A stretch of 64,000 bases of DNA from Armatimonadota bacterium (GTDB lineage: Bacteria > Armatimonadota > SYMT01), in NCBI GenBank assembly GCA_041690135.1, contig JAWLHY010000002.1, forward strand, positions 416,001-480,000, given 5' to 3'. The position numbers and the translations under genes are program-made. This document shows, in pieces, positions 1 through 9,302 of this stretch (positions are counted from its first letter, which is position 1; every line of letters starts with the position of its first letter). The notes beneath the pieces were generated by a model. It had not been told where the DNA came from. It did no database searches and worked only from the letters and a program-made list of their open reading frames with translations.

Positions 1-936
1 CTGAACGGCGAAGTTGCTGGTCGCCAGGTCCAGGTGAAGGCAGGCTGCAGTGGAAACAGGGCCCAGCGGGTTGTGCGGGGCCAGGGCGATGTAGTGGGTC
101 TCGCACCAGCCGGCCACCTTGCGCGCCTCCGTGATGCCGCCGCAGATGCAGAGGTCGATCCGGCAGTACTGGATCAGGTCTTCCTCGATCAGCTCCCGGA
201 ACTCCCACTTCGTGGCGAACTGCTCCCCCGCGGCCAGCGGCACCGCGACGTGGCGTGCCAGTTGGTGGAACGAGTGCATGTTCTCGCTCCGGAGCGGGTC
301 CTCGATGAAGTAAGGGCGGTACGGCTCCAGCGCCCGGCAGAGGCGGACGGCATCCGGCGGGTCGAGGCGGGTGTGGACGTCGATCAGGATCTCCACGTCG
401 TCGCCCACGGCTTCCCGGATGGCGGCGAACTGGGCCACACCCTGTCGCACCGCCCGCGACGGCTCCAGGATCTCCCCCTCGCTGGGGAGCCCGAACCGGA
501 TGAAGCGCCAGCCCGCGTCGGCCAGCTCCTTCGCGTGCGCGGCGATCTCCTCCAGAGAGTCGCCGGTGGCGTGAGGGTAGCAGACGACCTTATCGCGGAC
601 GAGGCCCCCCAGCAGCTCGTACACCGGTACCCCGAACTGCTTCCCCCGGATATCCCAGAGCGCGATATCTATCGCCGCGAGGGCGGAAGCCACCACGCGG
701 TCCGCCGGGAAAAAGCCGCCTCGGAACATCACCTGCCAGAGATGCTCGATGCGGCTGGCGTCCTGACCCACGAGCAGCGGCTTGAGGTGGTTGACGGCTT
801 CCGCGCAGGCCAGCTCCTTCCATGTGAGCCCGCCTTCGCCGATACCGTAGATGCCGGCGTCCGTCTCGACTTTGACGAAGAAGAAGTTCCGGTTCCCGCC
901 CCAGAGGGGGTACGGCTTGATGTCGGTGATGATCAT
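1..936 (-). CDS. Mandelate racemase/muconate lactonizing enzyme family protein (galactonate dehydratase-like), 3' end outside window
   Basis: Absent from the ORF track; translated by hand from ATG at 936: MIITDIKPYPLWGGNRNFFFVKVETDAGIYGIGE ... LAPHNPLGPVSTAACLHLDLA, typical enolase-superfamily motifs. Confidence 0.85.
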   Translation of the reverse strand, partial: MIITDIKPYPLWGGNRNFFFVKVETDAGIYGIGEGGLTWKELACAEAVNHLKPLLVGQDASRIEHLWQVMFRGGFFPADRVVASALAAIDIALWDIRGKQFGVPVYELLGGLVRDKVVCYPHATGDSLEEIAAHAKELADAGWRFIRFGLPSEGEILEPSRAVRQGVAQFAAIREAVGDDVEILIDVHTRLDPPDAVRLCRALEPYRPYFIEDPLRSENMHSFHQLARHVAVPLAAGEQFATKWEFRELIEEDLIQYCRIDLCICGGITEARKVAGWCETHYIALAPHNPLGPVSTAACLHLDLATSNFAVQ

Positions 937-1093
937 GAAGGGTCCTTTCGTTCGCGGGTAGGAATCTAACAGTTAAAGGGCGGGGAAACCACTTTGCGCG
1001 TTTGAGGCGCAGTGGGGGCAGGTAGGATCAAACTGTGGGACGCCTTGTCTGTCCCGGCGGTCGGCGGCTCTCTACCTTTTCAACAAGCGAGGG

Positions 1094-1477
1094 ATGACCG
1101 GCCTTCCGAACCAGGGGGAAACGATGTCTATTCCCGAAGAAACTTATGCTGCCTGCTCCTTCGACCGGCCTTATCCCGGCTGCATGCGGGTGCGAATTAC
1201 GGGAGAGTTGGACGCCTGCTCCGCCCCCCAGGTCGAGGAAGAAATCCTCACCGCCCTTACTCCCAGCGCCGTAACGGTGCTGGATCTGGAAGATGTGGAA
1301 TTCATCGACAGCACGGGGATCCGGTTGCTCGTGCGCGTGGTGAGCCGCAAAACGGAAGGGGAACAGGTCTACGTGGTCAGTCCCCGCTCGCGCGGCGTGC
1401 GGCGCGCCCTCGATATTGTGGGTCTCAATCGGGTCGTGCGCACCGTGGAAAGCCTGGACGAGATCCGCCCCGCCTAG
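1094..1477 (+). CDS. STAS-domain anti-sigma factor antagonist
   Basis: GELDACSAP...VLDLEDVEFIDSTGIRLL SpoIIAA/RsbV-type motif with the phosphorylatable Ser; start may be 1124. Confidence 0.9.
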   Translation: MTGLPNQGETMSIPEETYAACSFDRPYPGCMRVRITGELDACSAPQVEEEILTALTPSAVTVLDLEDVEFIDSTGIRLLVRVVSRKTEGEQVYVVSPRSRGVRRALDIVGLNRVVRTVESLDEIRPA

Positions 1478-1498
1478 ATCCCCATCCCCGTCATGGGT

Positions 1499-1504
1499 TA
1501 AACT
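1499..1504 (+). promoter_or_regulatory. Putative -10 element (TAAACT) for a leaderless NUDIX transcript
   Basis: TAnnnT 7 nt before ATG 1512, no Shine-Dalgarno. Confidence 0.4.
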
Positions 1505-1511
1505 CATCCTG

Positions 1512-2255
1512 ATGTACCTGACCCGGAACATGCTGGATGAGGTGGAAACCCGCTATGGCCGCCCGGTGGTAGCCGTGGCGCAGGCGGAGTTCGGCGCCCA
1601 CGCGTTCGGGCTCCTGGAATACTGCGCGCGCAAACACCGCCGCCACGACGTGACGCTGTTCATCCGGCATGCGTCCGACGCGACCCTGGACGCCTCTACC
1701 CGGTTCGCGGTCATCCGGAAGCCCAACTATCCCCGAGGGGTGTTTCGTCCTCCCAGCGGTGGGGTGGAGGCCGGAGAGCCCTTTGAGGTGGGGGCGGCCC
1801 GGGAGGCCCTGGAAGAGACCGGGCTCACGATTCGCCTCGAGCGATACCTGCTGCGGATTGACGCCGAGTTTACCCATGGTGAACGCCGGGCGCCCTGGGT
1901 AACCCATGTATTCCTGGCGACGGCGCTGGACCAGGAGATCTCGCCGCGGGATACGCACGAGATCGCGGAAGCCCGTTGGGCTTCGATCGATACGATGGTC
2001 CGGAAGTACCGGCCCCGAATGCTCGACATGGGAAGTGCGGGGATGCGGTACCGTGTCGAGCTGCAGGATGTGGCGTTACGGCTCCTGGGGTGGCCCGGGA
2101 TAGGAGAGAAGACCGATGAAGCGGACGTCGCTGGCGGCCCTGCACGAGGCACGGGGCGCGGACTGGATGGACTACCAGGGTTGGGAGATCCCGGCTTGCT
2201 ACTCCTCCGTAGCGCAGGAATACCAGGCGCTGCAGGAGGGGGTGGGACTGATTGA
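1512..2255 (+). CDS. NUDIX hydrolase
   Basis: Nudix box GGVEAGEPFEVGAAREALEETGL; start chosen at MYLTRN; 3' tail overlaps the next gene by 140 nt. Confidence 0.85.
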   Translation: MYLTRNMLDEVETRYGRPVVAVAQAEFGAHAFGLLEYCARKHRRHDVTLFIRHASDATLDASTRFAVIRKPNYPRGVFRPPSGGVEAGEPFEVGAAREALEETGLTIRLERYLLRIDAEFTHGERRAPWVTHVFLATALDQEISPRDTHEIAEARWASIDTMVRKYRPRMLDMGSAGMRYRVELQDVALRLLGWPGIGEKTDEADVAGGPARGTGRGLDGLPGLGDPGLLLLRSAGIPGAAGGGGTD

Positions 2256-3219
2256 CCTCTCCTTCCGCACGCGCCTCCGCGTGACGGGCCGGGACCGGCG
2301 CTCCTGGCTGCACGGACAGGTCACCCAGGAGATCAACAAGCTGCCGGACGGCCGCGGAGCATACGCCACGGTCCTCAACCCGCAGGGACATATGGTCTCC
2401 GACCTGTTCGTTTACGCCGTGCCGGACGCCCTGATTCTGGATCTGCCGTCCGGTACCGCCACGCCGATGGCCGAGTACCTCGACCGGTTCCTGATCATGG
2501 AGCGTGCCGAGATCGAGGACCTTACCGATAGCTGGTCCCTGCTTTCTCTCCAGGGGCCGCAGTCACCGTGCGCCCTGGCGGTCGTGCTCGGCGAGGAACT
2601 GTCGCGCCTGGCGCCGTGGGACGTGGTGGAGAGCCAATTCGAGGAGGAACCCCTCTACGTCACCCGGGCCGCGCACTGCGGAGAGGACGGCTACGACCTC
2701 TTCTTGCCCGCGGAGAAGGCGGCGGCGCTCTGGGCGGCGCTTTGCAATCACCGGCCCGATTTTGCCGTCCATTCGGTCGGGTGGGAAGCGTTCAACGTGC
2801 GTCGGCTCGAAGCGGGCATTCCCTGGTGGGGGGAGGAACTGGACGCCTCACTGGTGCCCCTGGAGGCCCGTCTCAATCACGCGATCAGCCTGACCAAGGG
2901 CTGTTATGTCGGCCAGGAGATCATCGCGCGGATCGATGCGCGCGGCCAGGTGAACAACCTGCTAACGGGCTTCCACGTGGTGGGCGACACGCTCCCGTCG
3001 CGGGGGACGGAAATCCGGCACGATGGCAAGAAGGTGGGCCGGGTCTCCACCGTGCTCCACTCGCTGCGGCTCGACCGGCCCGTGGCCCTGGGTTACCTGC
3101 GTCGGGAGTTGCAGGACCCCGGCACCCGGGTCGAGGCCGTAACGGACGAGGGCACAGTCGAGCTGGAGGTCACACCGCTCCCCTTCGTCCCGAATGACTA
3201 TCCCTCCGAGAAAGAGTAA
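2116..3219 (+). CDS. ygfZ: YgfZ/GcvT family folate-binding aminomethyltransferase-like protein
   Basis: KGCYVGQEIIARI signature, GcvT-like N-terminus, SD GGAGAG upstream. Confidence 0.85.
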   Translation: MKRTSLAALHEARGADWMDYQGWEIPACYSSVAQEYQALQEGVGLIDLSFRTRLRVTGRDRRSWLHGQVTQEINKLPDGRGAYATVLNPQGHMVSDLFVYAVPDALILDLPSGTATPMAEYLDRFLIMERAEIEDLTDSWSLLSLQGPQSPCALAVVLGEELSRLAPWDVVESQFEEEPLYVTRAAHCGEDGYDLFLPAEKAAALWAALCNHRPDFAVHSVGWEAFNVRRLEAGIPWWGEELDASLVPLEARLNHAISLTKGCYVGQEIIARIDARGQVNNLLTGFHVVGDTLPSRGTEIRHDGKKVGRVSTVLHSLRLDRPVALGYLRRELQDPGTRVEAVTDEGTVELEVTPLPFVPNDYPSEKE

Positions 3220-3227
3220 GCTTCATC

Positions 3228-3236
3228 TGCTATAAT
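3228..3236 (+). promoter_or_regulatory. Extended -10 promoter (TGcTATAAT) upstream of the MFS gene
   Basis: Exact TGnTATAAT ~48 nt before ATG 3284. Confidence 0.6.
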
Positions 3237-3283
3237 GCGGCGGCCCGGGAATCGTTGCCGGGTCGTCGTTCTGACCGGGTCCG

Positions 3284-4498
3284 ATGAAGCGCTCACCTCT
3301 CGGAATCATCTTCCTCACGATCTTTCTCGACCTCGTGGGGTTCGGGATCGTTCTGCCGCTGCTGCCGCGGTTCGCCGCCCAGCACCAGGCGGCGGAGTGG
3401 CAGATCGGGCTGCTGATGGGAACCTACTCCCTGATGCAGTTCTTCTTCGCGCCGGTGTGGGGGCGCCTCTCGGACCGCATCGGCCGGCGACCGGTCCTGT
3501 TGTTCAGCATCACCGGTTCAGCCCTCTCCTACCTGCTGTTCGCCTTCGCGCCGAACCTGACGATGCTGTTCCTTTCCCGCCTGGTGGCCGGGATCATGGC
3601 GGCGAACCTGGCGGCGGCGCAGGCCTACGTGGCCGACGTGACGACGCCCGAGAACCGGACCCGCGGCATGGGGATGGTGGGCGCGGCGTTCGGGCTCGGC
3701 TTTGTGCTCGGGCCGGCGCTGGCGGGCGGCGTCAGCCACTGGGCGATCGGCGCGGGGCACAGCCCGCAGCTGGCGGTCGGATTGGTCGCGGCGGGCTTTT
3801 CCGCTGTGGACCTCCTGCTGGCCGCGGCCCGGCTTCCGGAGTCGTTGCCCAAGGAGCTCCGTCAGAAGGCCCAGGCCCCCTCCGGCTCTCGCCTGGAACG
3901 AATGGCCGCGACCCTGCGGAACCCGGCGACCGCGCTTCCGGTCGGGGTGTTCTTCCTCAGCACGGTCGCGTGGTCGCAGCTCGAGCCGACTCTCGCCCGC
4001 CTCACCCAGGAAGACTACCGCTTCAACGAGGCGCAGACCGGCTACCTCTTCGCCTTCCTCGGCCTGATCGTGGCCCTGATCCAGGGCGGCTACGCGGGCC
4101 GCGCCGCGCGGAAGTCCGGCGAAGGCCGGCTGGTGCTGACAGGCACCTGCCTCCTGGTGCTGGGCCTGGTGCTGCTGCCAGTCGCGCCGCCGCCCCTGCT
4201 GTACGTGGCGGTCGCGCTGGCCGGGATGGGGCAGGCGATGAGCGTGCCGGGGCTCCAGAGCCTGATCTCCAAGGGGGCTTCCGCGGATTCCCAGGGAAGC
4301 ACCCTGGGGGTGACGCAGGGGTTCGCCAGCCTGGGCCGGGTGCTCGGACCGGCCGTCGGCGGGGCACTCTTTGGCCTCAACCACGCGTGGCCGTTCTGGT
4401 TCGGCGCCGCTCTCATGCTGGTGGGTATCGGCCTCGCCGTGCGGATCGTGGGGAGGGCGCGAACGGCGCAGGAGCATGGAGATTCGGTGACGGCCTGA
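3284..4498 (+). CDS. MFS transporter (TetA/DHA1-like)
   Basis: Motif A GRLSDRIGRRPVL, motif C GFVLGPALAG, ~12 hydrophobic segments. Confidence 0.9.
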   Translation: MKRSPLGIIFLTIFLDLVGFGIVLPLLPRFAAQHQAAEWQIGLLMGTYSLMQFFFAPVWGRLSDRIGRRPVLLFSITGSALSYLLFAFAPNLTMLFLSRLVAGIMAANLAAAQAYVADVTTPENRTRGMGMVGAAFGLGFVLGPALAGGVSHWAIGAGHSPQLAVGLVAAGFSAVDLLLAAARLPESLPKELRQKAQAPSGSRLERMAATLRNPATALPVGVFFLSTVAWSQLEPTLARLTQEDYRFNEAQTGYLFAFLGLIVALIQGGYAGRAARKSGEGRLVLTGTCLLVLGLVLLPVAPPPLLYVAVALAGMGQAMSVPGLQSLISKGASADSQGSTLGVTQGFASLGRVLGPAVGGALFGLNHAWPFWFGAALMLVGIGLAVRIVGRARTAQEHGDSVTA

Positions 4499-4555
4499 AG
4501 AATCCAACTAAGGTCGCGCGTGCATTCCGCGCTCTCCGGGTAGATAACCCCCGAC

Positions 4556-4595
4556 GCTGAGAGCCGCTCTTTCAGTCCCTGAATCGGCTCTCAGC
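4556..4595. other. Strong hairpin just upstream of the DUF5658-like gene
   Basis: gctgagagccg...cggctctcagc 11-bp stem plus inner ttcag/ctgaa. Confidence 0.5.
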
Positions 4596-4600
4596 CCGTC

Positions 4601-4975
4601 GTGATGGGCTCTGCCGTTCCCAGCGGACGGCCGGGCTCCCTGGGAACGGGGAGAGCGTGGGTGATGCTGGCGAGAATGTGGCCGTGCCGGGAAGTGTTGA
4701 TCGTCTTTGTGATCTGCGTCGTCGATATGATCAGTTCGGCGGTGCTTTTCCATCACAACCTGGCGGTAGAAGCCAATCCCCTGCTGCGTCCGGTCGCGGA
4801 AGCGGGCATGGGGCCGTTCATTCTCGCTAAAATGATGACGTTCCTGCCGGCGTTGATCGCCGCCGAGTGGTATGCGCGCAAACGGCCGGAATTCGTGCAG
4901 AACCTTTTGCGTTTCGCCGGCACCGCCTACGTGGCGATCTACAGCTTCTTCGTGACGCGGCAGATCCTGGGTTGA
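4601..4975 (+). CDS. DUF5658-like membrane protein
   Basis: D...EANPLL...F..K motif and 3 TM segments; true start may be downstream. Confidence 0.7.
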   Translation: MMGSAVPSGRPGSLGTGRAWVMLARMWPCREVLIVFVICVVDMISSAVLFHHNLAVEANPLLRPVAEAGMGPFILAKMMTFLPALIAAEWYARKRPEFVQNLLRFAGTAYVAIYSFFVTRQILG

Positions 4976-4999
4976 CGGGGCCGGATCAACCGGTCCCTT

Positions 5000-5662
5000 A
5001 TGCCCGTTTCCCAGCCTTTCACCGATATCCGCGCGGTCCTCTTCGATCTGGACGGCACCCTCATCCACACCCGGATCGACTTCGCGGTGATGAAGCGCCG
5101 TGTGCTGGACCTGGTGGAGCGCTACGGACTTCCCACCGCGGGCCTGGCGACGGAAGACATCCTGACGATCATCGCACGGGCGTCTTCACGCCTGCCCCCT
5201 TCCTTCGCGGAAGAGGCGGAAGACACCCTCACGGCGATTGAGCTGGCCGCCTGCGAGGGCGCCACCCCCGCAGAGGGCGTGTTCGAGACCCTCCACTGGC
5301 TGCGAGACGCCGGAATCCGGGTGGGGATCGTCACCCGCAACTGCCCGCAGGCGGCGGCGCGCGTGTTGGCCGAGATGCCGGTGCCGCACGAGGTCCTCCT
5401 CACCCGCGCCGATACGCCCCGGGTAAAACCCGATCCGATCCACCTGGAGCTGGCCCTGCGGCGCTTGGAGACCCCGGCGTCGCAGGCGTTGATGGTCGGC
5501 GACCATGTGATGGATGTCCTGGGTGGCAAGGCGGCGGGGATGCGGACCCTGGGGCTGCTCACGCCCGAGCGTCCCCCGGATTTCTTCGACCAGGCGGCGC
5601 CCGACGGCGTTATCCGCACCCTCCCCGAGCTGCGCCAGTGGATCTCTCCCTCATCGTCGTAA
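5000..5662 (+). CDS. HAD family hydrolase
   Basis: FDLDGTL motif I, KPDP, GDHVMD motif IV. Confidence 0.92.
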   Translation: MPVSQPFTDIRAVLFDLDGTLIHTRIDFAVMKRRVLDLVERYGLPTAGLATEDILTIIARASSRLPPSFAEEAEDTLTAIELAACEGATPAEGVFETLHWLRDAGIRVGIVTRNCPQAAARVLAEMPVPHEVLLTRADTPRVKPDPIHLELALRRLETPASQALMVGDHVMDVLGGKAAGMRTLGLLTPERPPDFFDQAAPDGVIRTLPELRQWISPSSS

Positions 5663-6501
5663 ACTGGAATACCCGCGACCTGCTGCGCGCCTGCCTGGAG
5701 TCGCTGCGGACCGCGCTTGCCGCTTCCCCCCTGGAAGCGGAGGTGATCGTGGTCGATAACGCCTCCGCGGACGGCAGCGCGGCCATGGTCGCGGAGCGGT
5801 TTCCCGAGTTCACCCTCCTCGCGAACCGGGAAAACCGGAACTATGCCGCCGGGAACAACCAGGGGATCGCGGCTGCGCACGGGGAGTTCGTCCTGCTGTT
5901 GAACCCGGATACGGAGGTCCCCATAAGTGCTCCGGAAACCCTGGTGCAGGTTCTCCGGGAGCATCCCCGGGCCGGCGCCGTGTCGCCCGCCCTGGTCTAC
6001 CCGGACGGACGGGTGCAGCCGTCCGTCCGCGGCTTCCCCACCCCGGCGGCGCTCACCGGGGAGTTGACCGGGCTCGCTGCGCTGTTCCCCGGATCGCGTT
6101 GGGCGGGATACCGGGTGGGAGACCTGCCGAAAGACCGGATTTCGTCGGTCGACCAGCCGATGGCCTCCGCCTTCATGGTACGGCGGGCAGCGCTGGAGCA
6201 GGTGGGACCATTCGATGAGCAGTTCCCGCTCTTCTTCAACGACGTGGACCTTTGCTTCCGGATCAAGCAGGCGGGGTGGGAGATCCTGTACGAGCCGCGG
6301 GTACGTGTAGTCCACGTCGGCGGCGCCAGCACCCGGCAGGTGCGGGCGAAGGCGATCCTGGCCTCGCACGAAGGCCTGTGCCGCTTCTATGCCAAGCACT
6401 ACCGGGGGCGGATTTTCTGGCCTGCGTATGCAGCCATTGTGATAAGCATCCTCCTGACAGGTCGCCTCCGGGCACTACTGGCAACCCTTAGGGGCGGATG
6501 A
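5638..6501 (+). CDS. Glycosyltransferase family 2 (WbbL-like)
   Basis: IVNWNT...VVDNASADGS...LLNPDT...FDEQFPLFFNDVDLC. Confidence 0.92.
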   Translation: MDLSLIVVNWNTRDLLRACLESLRTALAASPLEAEVIVVDNASADGSAAMVAERFPEFTLLANRENRNYAAGNNQGIAAAHGEFVLLLNPDTEVPISAPETLVQVLREHPRAGAVSPALVYPDGRVQPSVRGFPTPAALTGELTGLAALFPGSRWAGYRVGDLPKDRISSVDQPMASAFMVRRAALEQVGPFDEQFPLFFNDVDLCFRIKQAGWEILYEPRVRVVHVGGASTRQVRAKAILASHEGLCRFYAKHYRGRIFWPAYAAIVISILLTGRLRALLATLRGG

Positions 6502-6516
6502 GTATAAGGTGAGATT

Positions 6517-6825
6517 ATGGCGGATGGAATCCGGATCAATGATGCGGCGGTGGAGATCAGTCCGGAGGGGCTGCAGGCGCTGGTGAACCGGCAGGGGGCC
6601 GAGGTTCGGGTGACGAAGCTGGATCTCACCGCCTCGCCGGAGGCGCTGAACGCGCTCCTGTCCGGACTGGCCCCCGAGGGGCAGACCGCTCCTACCGTGG
6701 AGGTTTCGGACGGCCGCCTGCAGCTTTCCGGCACCCGGGAAGGCAAATCCCTGAACCTGGACTTGCAGGTCGGCGGGCTGCACCTCGAGTTCACGGCGGA
6801 AGGTCTCCGCCTGGTGACCGGCTAG
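6517..6825 (+). CDS. Hypothetical protein
   Basis: Fits the operon, SD-like AAGGTGAG, internal repeat EISPEGLQAL / TASPEALNAL. Confidence 0.7.
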   Translation: MADGIRINDAAVEISPEGLQALVNRQGAEVRVTKLDLTASPEALNALLSGLAPEGQTAPTVEVSDGRLQLSGTREGKSLNLDLQVGGLHLEFTAEGLRLVTG

Positions 6826-6829
6826 ACCG

Positions 6830-7321
6830 ATGGCTCTACCGGCGGTCCAGATCACTGGCGTGCGGGCCGAAATCGACCCCGTGGCCCTCGCGCGCAAACA
6901 GGTGCGCGTGGAGGTCAGCGCCGGCGTACTCCGTATCTCTGATAGGGGCCTCGCGGCCGTGCTTAGCCCGGCGGGGGTATTGGTGGACCGCATCTCCAAC
7001 GGCCGGATCTTCCTCCGCAAGCGCCAATCCCTGCCCGTGGTCGGTCTTGTGGACGTCAGCCTGGAGTATCACCCCTCCCTTGGGCAGCGGGGACGGATCA
7101 CCTTCGACCTGGTGGCGTTCCGCGCCGGGGTATTCTCGGTCCCCGGCTTCGTGGTGAGCGGCCTCATCGCGGGTGCAGTCCGAGGAAAACCGGGTATCCA
7201 CATTACCGAAGACAACCGCATCGAACTGGACCTGGGGGAGGTACTGGCGGAGGCCGGGATCCGGCTTCCGGCTCCTAAAGCGCTCGGCGCCGATGGGGGA
7301 GTTTTGGAAGTTGCCTTTTAG
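6830..7321 (+). CDS. Hypothetical protein
   Basis: Starts 4 nt after the previous stop; beta-rich sequence. Confidence 0.7.
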   Translation: MALPAVQITGVRAEIDPVALARKQVRVEVSAGVLRISDRGLAAVLSPAGVLVDRISNGRIFLRKRQSLPVVGLVDVSLEYHPSLGQRGRITFDLVAFRAGVFSVPGFVVSGLIAGAVRGKPGIHITEDNRIELDLGEVLAEAGIRLPAPKALGADGGVLEVAF

Positions 7322-7361
7322 GGCGTGAGGCGCGTGACCGTTAGATAGTTGATCCTACTGA

Positions 7362-8147
7362 ATGTCTGAATCGATTCCCATCTACCGTGCCGAGGTGCTG
7401 GACCATGTGGAGGTCGCGCCGGAGCACTTTGTCATGACCCTGGACGCCCCGGAGATCGCGCGCGAAGCACGGCCGGGGCAATTTGTGATGGTCCGGTCGC
7501 TCGGCACCTGGGACCCGCTGCTGCCGCGTGCCTTCAGCGTGTACCACGCTGATGCGGAGGGCGGCTGCATCGACATCATGTACCGTCAGGTAGGCCGCGG
7601 CACCGGCCGGCTCCGGCTGAATGAGCCCGGGGTGCACGTCCAACTGTGGGGGCCTCTCGGCAAACCATTCCAACTGGCGGACGTAGAGCAGGTAGTGCTG
7701 GTGGGCGGCGGCGTGGGGGTGCCTCCCATCGTCTTTTACGCCGAGTACCTCGACCGCCTGCTGGCGCCGGTGAAAGTGGTTGCCCTGATCGGTGCCTCCA
7801 CCGAAACGTTCCTGGTGGGGATCGACCACCTCCAGCGCGCGAACGCGACGGTCCGCGTGGCGACGGACGACGGGACCGCGGGACACCACGGTTACGTCAC
7901 GCAGCTACTGCCGGAATATCTGGAAGACACGCCCACGGCGGTCTACGCCTGCGGTCCGATGCCGATGCTGGCGGCCGTGGCCCGCATTACCGAAGCGCAG
8001 GGGGTTCCGGCCGAGCTCGCCCTGGAGGCCCCAATGGCCTGTGGGGTGGGTGCGTGCCTGGGATGTACGGTTCCCCGCCGTGAAGGGGGCTACGCGCGTG
8101 TGTGTACGGACGGCCCCGTGTTTCGTCCCGAGGAGATCGCCTGGTGA
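7362..8147 (+). CDS. pyrK: Dihydroorotate dehydrogenase electron transfer subunit
   Basis: RPGQFVM, GGGVGVPP, YACGP and 2Fe-2S motif MACGVGACLGC...VCTDGPVF. Confidence 0.95.
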   Translation: MSESIPIYRAEVLDHVEVAPEHFVMTLDAPEIAREARPGQFVMVRSLGTWDPLLPRAFSVYHADAEGGCIDIMYRQVGRGTGRLRLNEPGVHVQLWGPLGKPFQLADVEQVVLVGGGVGVPPIVFYAEYLDRLLAPVKVVALIGASTETFLVGIDHLQRANATVRVATDDGTAGHHGYVTQLLPEYLEDTPTAVYACGPMPMLAAVARITEAQGVPAELALEAPMACGVGACLGCTVPRREGGYARVCTDGPVFRPEEIAW

Positions 8148-9097
8148 GCACCGTGGAAGTGAAGCGCGAGACCCGGCCGAGTCTCGAGGTGGAGTTGGCG
8201 GGGATGAAGCTGAAGAACCCGGTGATGTCCGCCTCCGGGTGCTTCGGCTGGGGCGAGGAGTATGCCCGGTTCTTCGATCTGAACCGGATGGGAGCGCTGG
8301 TCGGCAAAGCGGTCACCCCGCGCCCGCGGCCGGGGAACCCGGACGTCCGGATCGCCGAGACCCCGGCGGGGATGCTGAATGCCATCGGGCTTCAGAACCC
8401 GGGACCGGAAGGTTTCCTCAACCAGATCCTGCCGCGAGTGCGCCTCCTGGACCTCCCGGTCTGGGTGAACGTCTCCGCCAACTCCCTGCAGGAGTACGTG
8501 GACCTCTGCGACCTCCTCTCCCAGGCAGACGGCGTTTCCGCCATCGAGCTGAACCTCTCTTGCCCGAACGTGGGGCGCGGGGGAGCGGAGTTCTGCGTGG
8601 TACAGGAGGCGGTGCGCGAGACGGTGTCCGCCTGCCGCAAGGTCTGCCGCGTGCCGCTGATCCCCAAGCTCTCCCCCAACACGACCGACGTGGTCGCCCT
8701 GGCGCGCGCGGCGGAAGAGGCGGGAGCCGACGCCGTGTCGCTCATCAATACCCTGGTGGGGATGGCGATCGACATCGACCGGCGGCGACCGGTGCTCGGC
8801 AACCAGACCGGAGGCCTTAGCGGCCCGGCCGTGAAGCCGATCGCCCTGCGGATGGTCTACGAGGTATCCGGCGCCATCTCGATCCCGGTGGTGGGGATCG
8901 GCGGCATCGCGTGCTGGCAGGACGCGGTGGAGTTCCTGATGGCCGGCGCCGCCGCGGTCCAGGTGGGCACCGCGAACTTCTTCAACCCCACGGCCATTCC
9001 GGAAGTGATCGACGGCCTGGAGAACTGGCTGCGCGAGAAGCAGATTGGCGACGTCCGCGAGATCATCGGGGTCGCGCGCCAGCCCAAGCGGCGGTAG
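8144..9097 (+). CDS. pyrD: Dihydroorotate dehydrogenase class 1B catalytic subunit
   Basis: NAIGLQNPG, ELNLSCPN, INTL, GGLSGPAVKP; GTGA overlap with pyrK. Confidence 0.96.
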   Translation: MSTVEVKRETRPSLEVELAGMKLKNPVMSASGCFGWGEEYARFFDLNRMGALVGKAVTPRPRPGNPDVRIAETPAGMLNAIGLQNPGPEGFLNQILPRVRLLDLPVWVNVSANSLQEYVDLCDLLSQADGVSAIELNLSCPNVGRGGAEFCVVQEAVRETVSACRKVCRVPLIPKLSPNTTDVVALARAAEEAGADAVSLINTLVGMAIDIDRRRPVLGNQTGGLSGPAVKPIALRMVYEVSGAISIPVVGIGGIACWQDAVEFLMAGAAAVQVGTANFFNPTAIPEVIDGLENWLREKQIGDVREIIGVARQPKRR

Positions 9098-9131
9098 AGT
9101 CGGAGGGGAAGCATCCCCGCCGGTGGAGTGT

Positions 9132-9173
9132 GGAGTAGGAGTAGGAGTAAGAGTAGGAGTAAGAGTAGGAGTA
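9132..9173. repeat. Hexamer tandem repeat (RGAGTA)x7
   Basis: GGAGTA GGAGTA GGAGTA AGAGTA GGAGTA AGAGTA GGAGTA read directly. Confidence 0.95.
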
Positions 9174-9302
9174 GGAAGTTCGGTCCGGACGAACGGAGCG
9201 ACAGCATTGCCGCGTGCTGATGGCCCCAATACAGGTGGCGGTTTGCAGGCGCAGGGACGTGGGCATCATCGTGGCTCTGTGTTTGCCATGGACGCGAGGG
9301 GT

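Noticed and set aside
34-969. 311-aa plus-strand ORF
   Set aside because: Antisense shadow of the minus-strand enolase-superfamily gene; no recognisable motifs.
3284-4498. Tetracycline resistance gene tetA
   Set aside because: Family-level similarity only; no tetR or mobile context.
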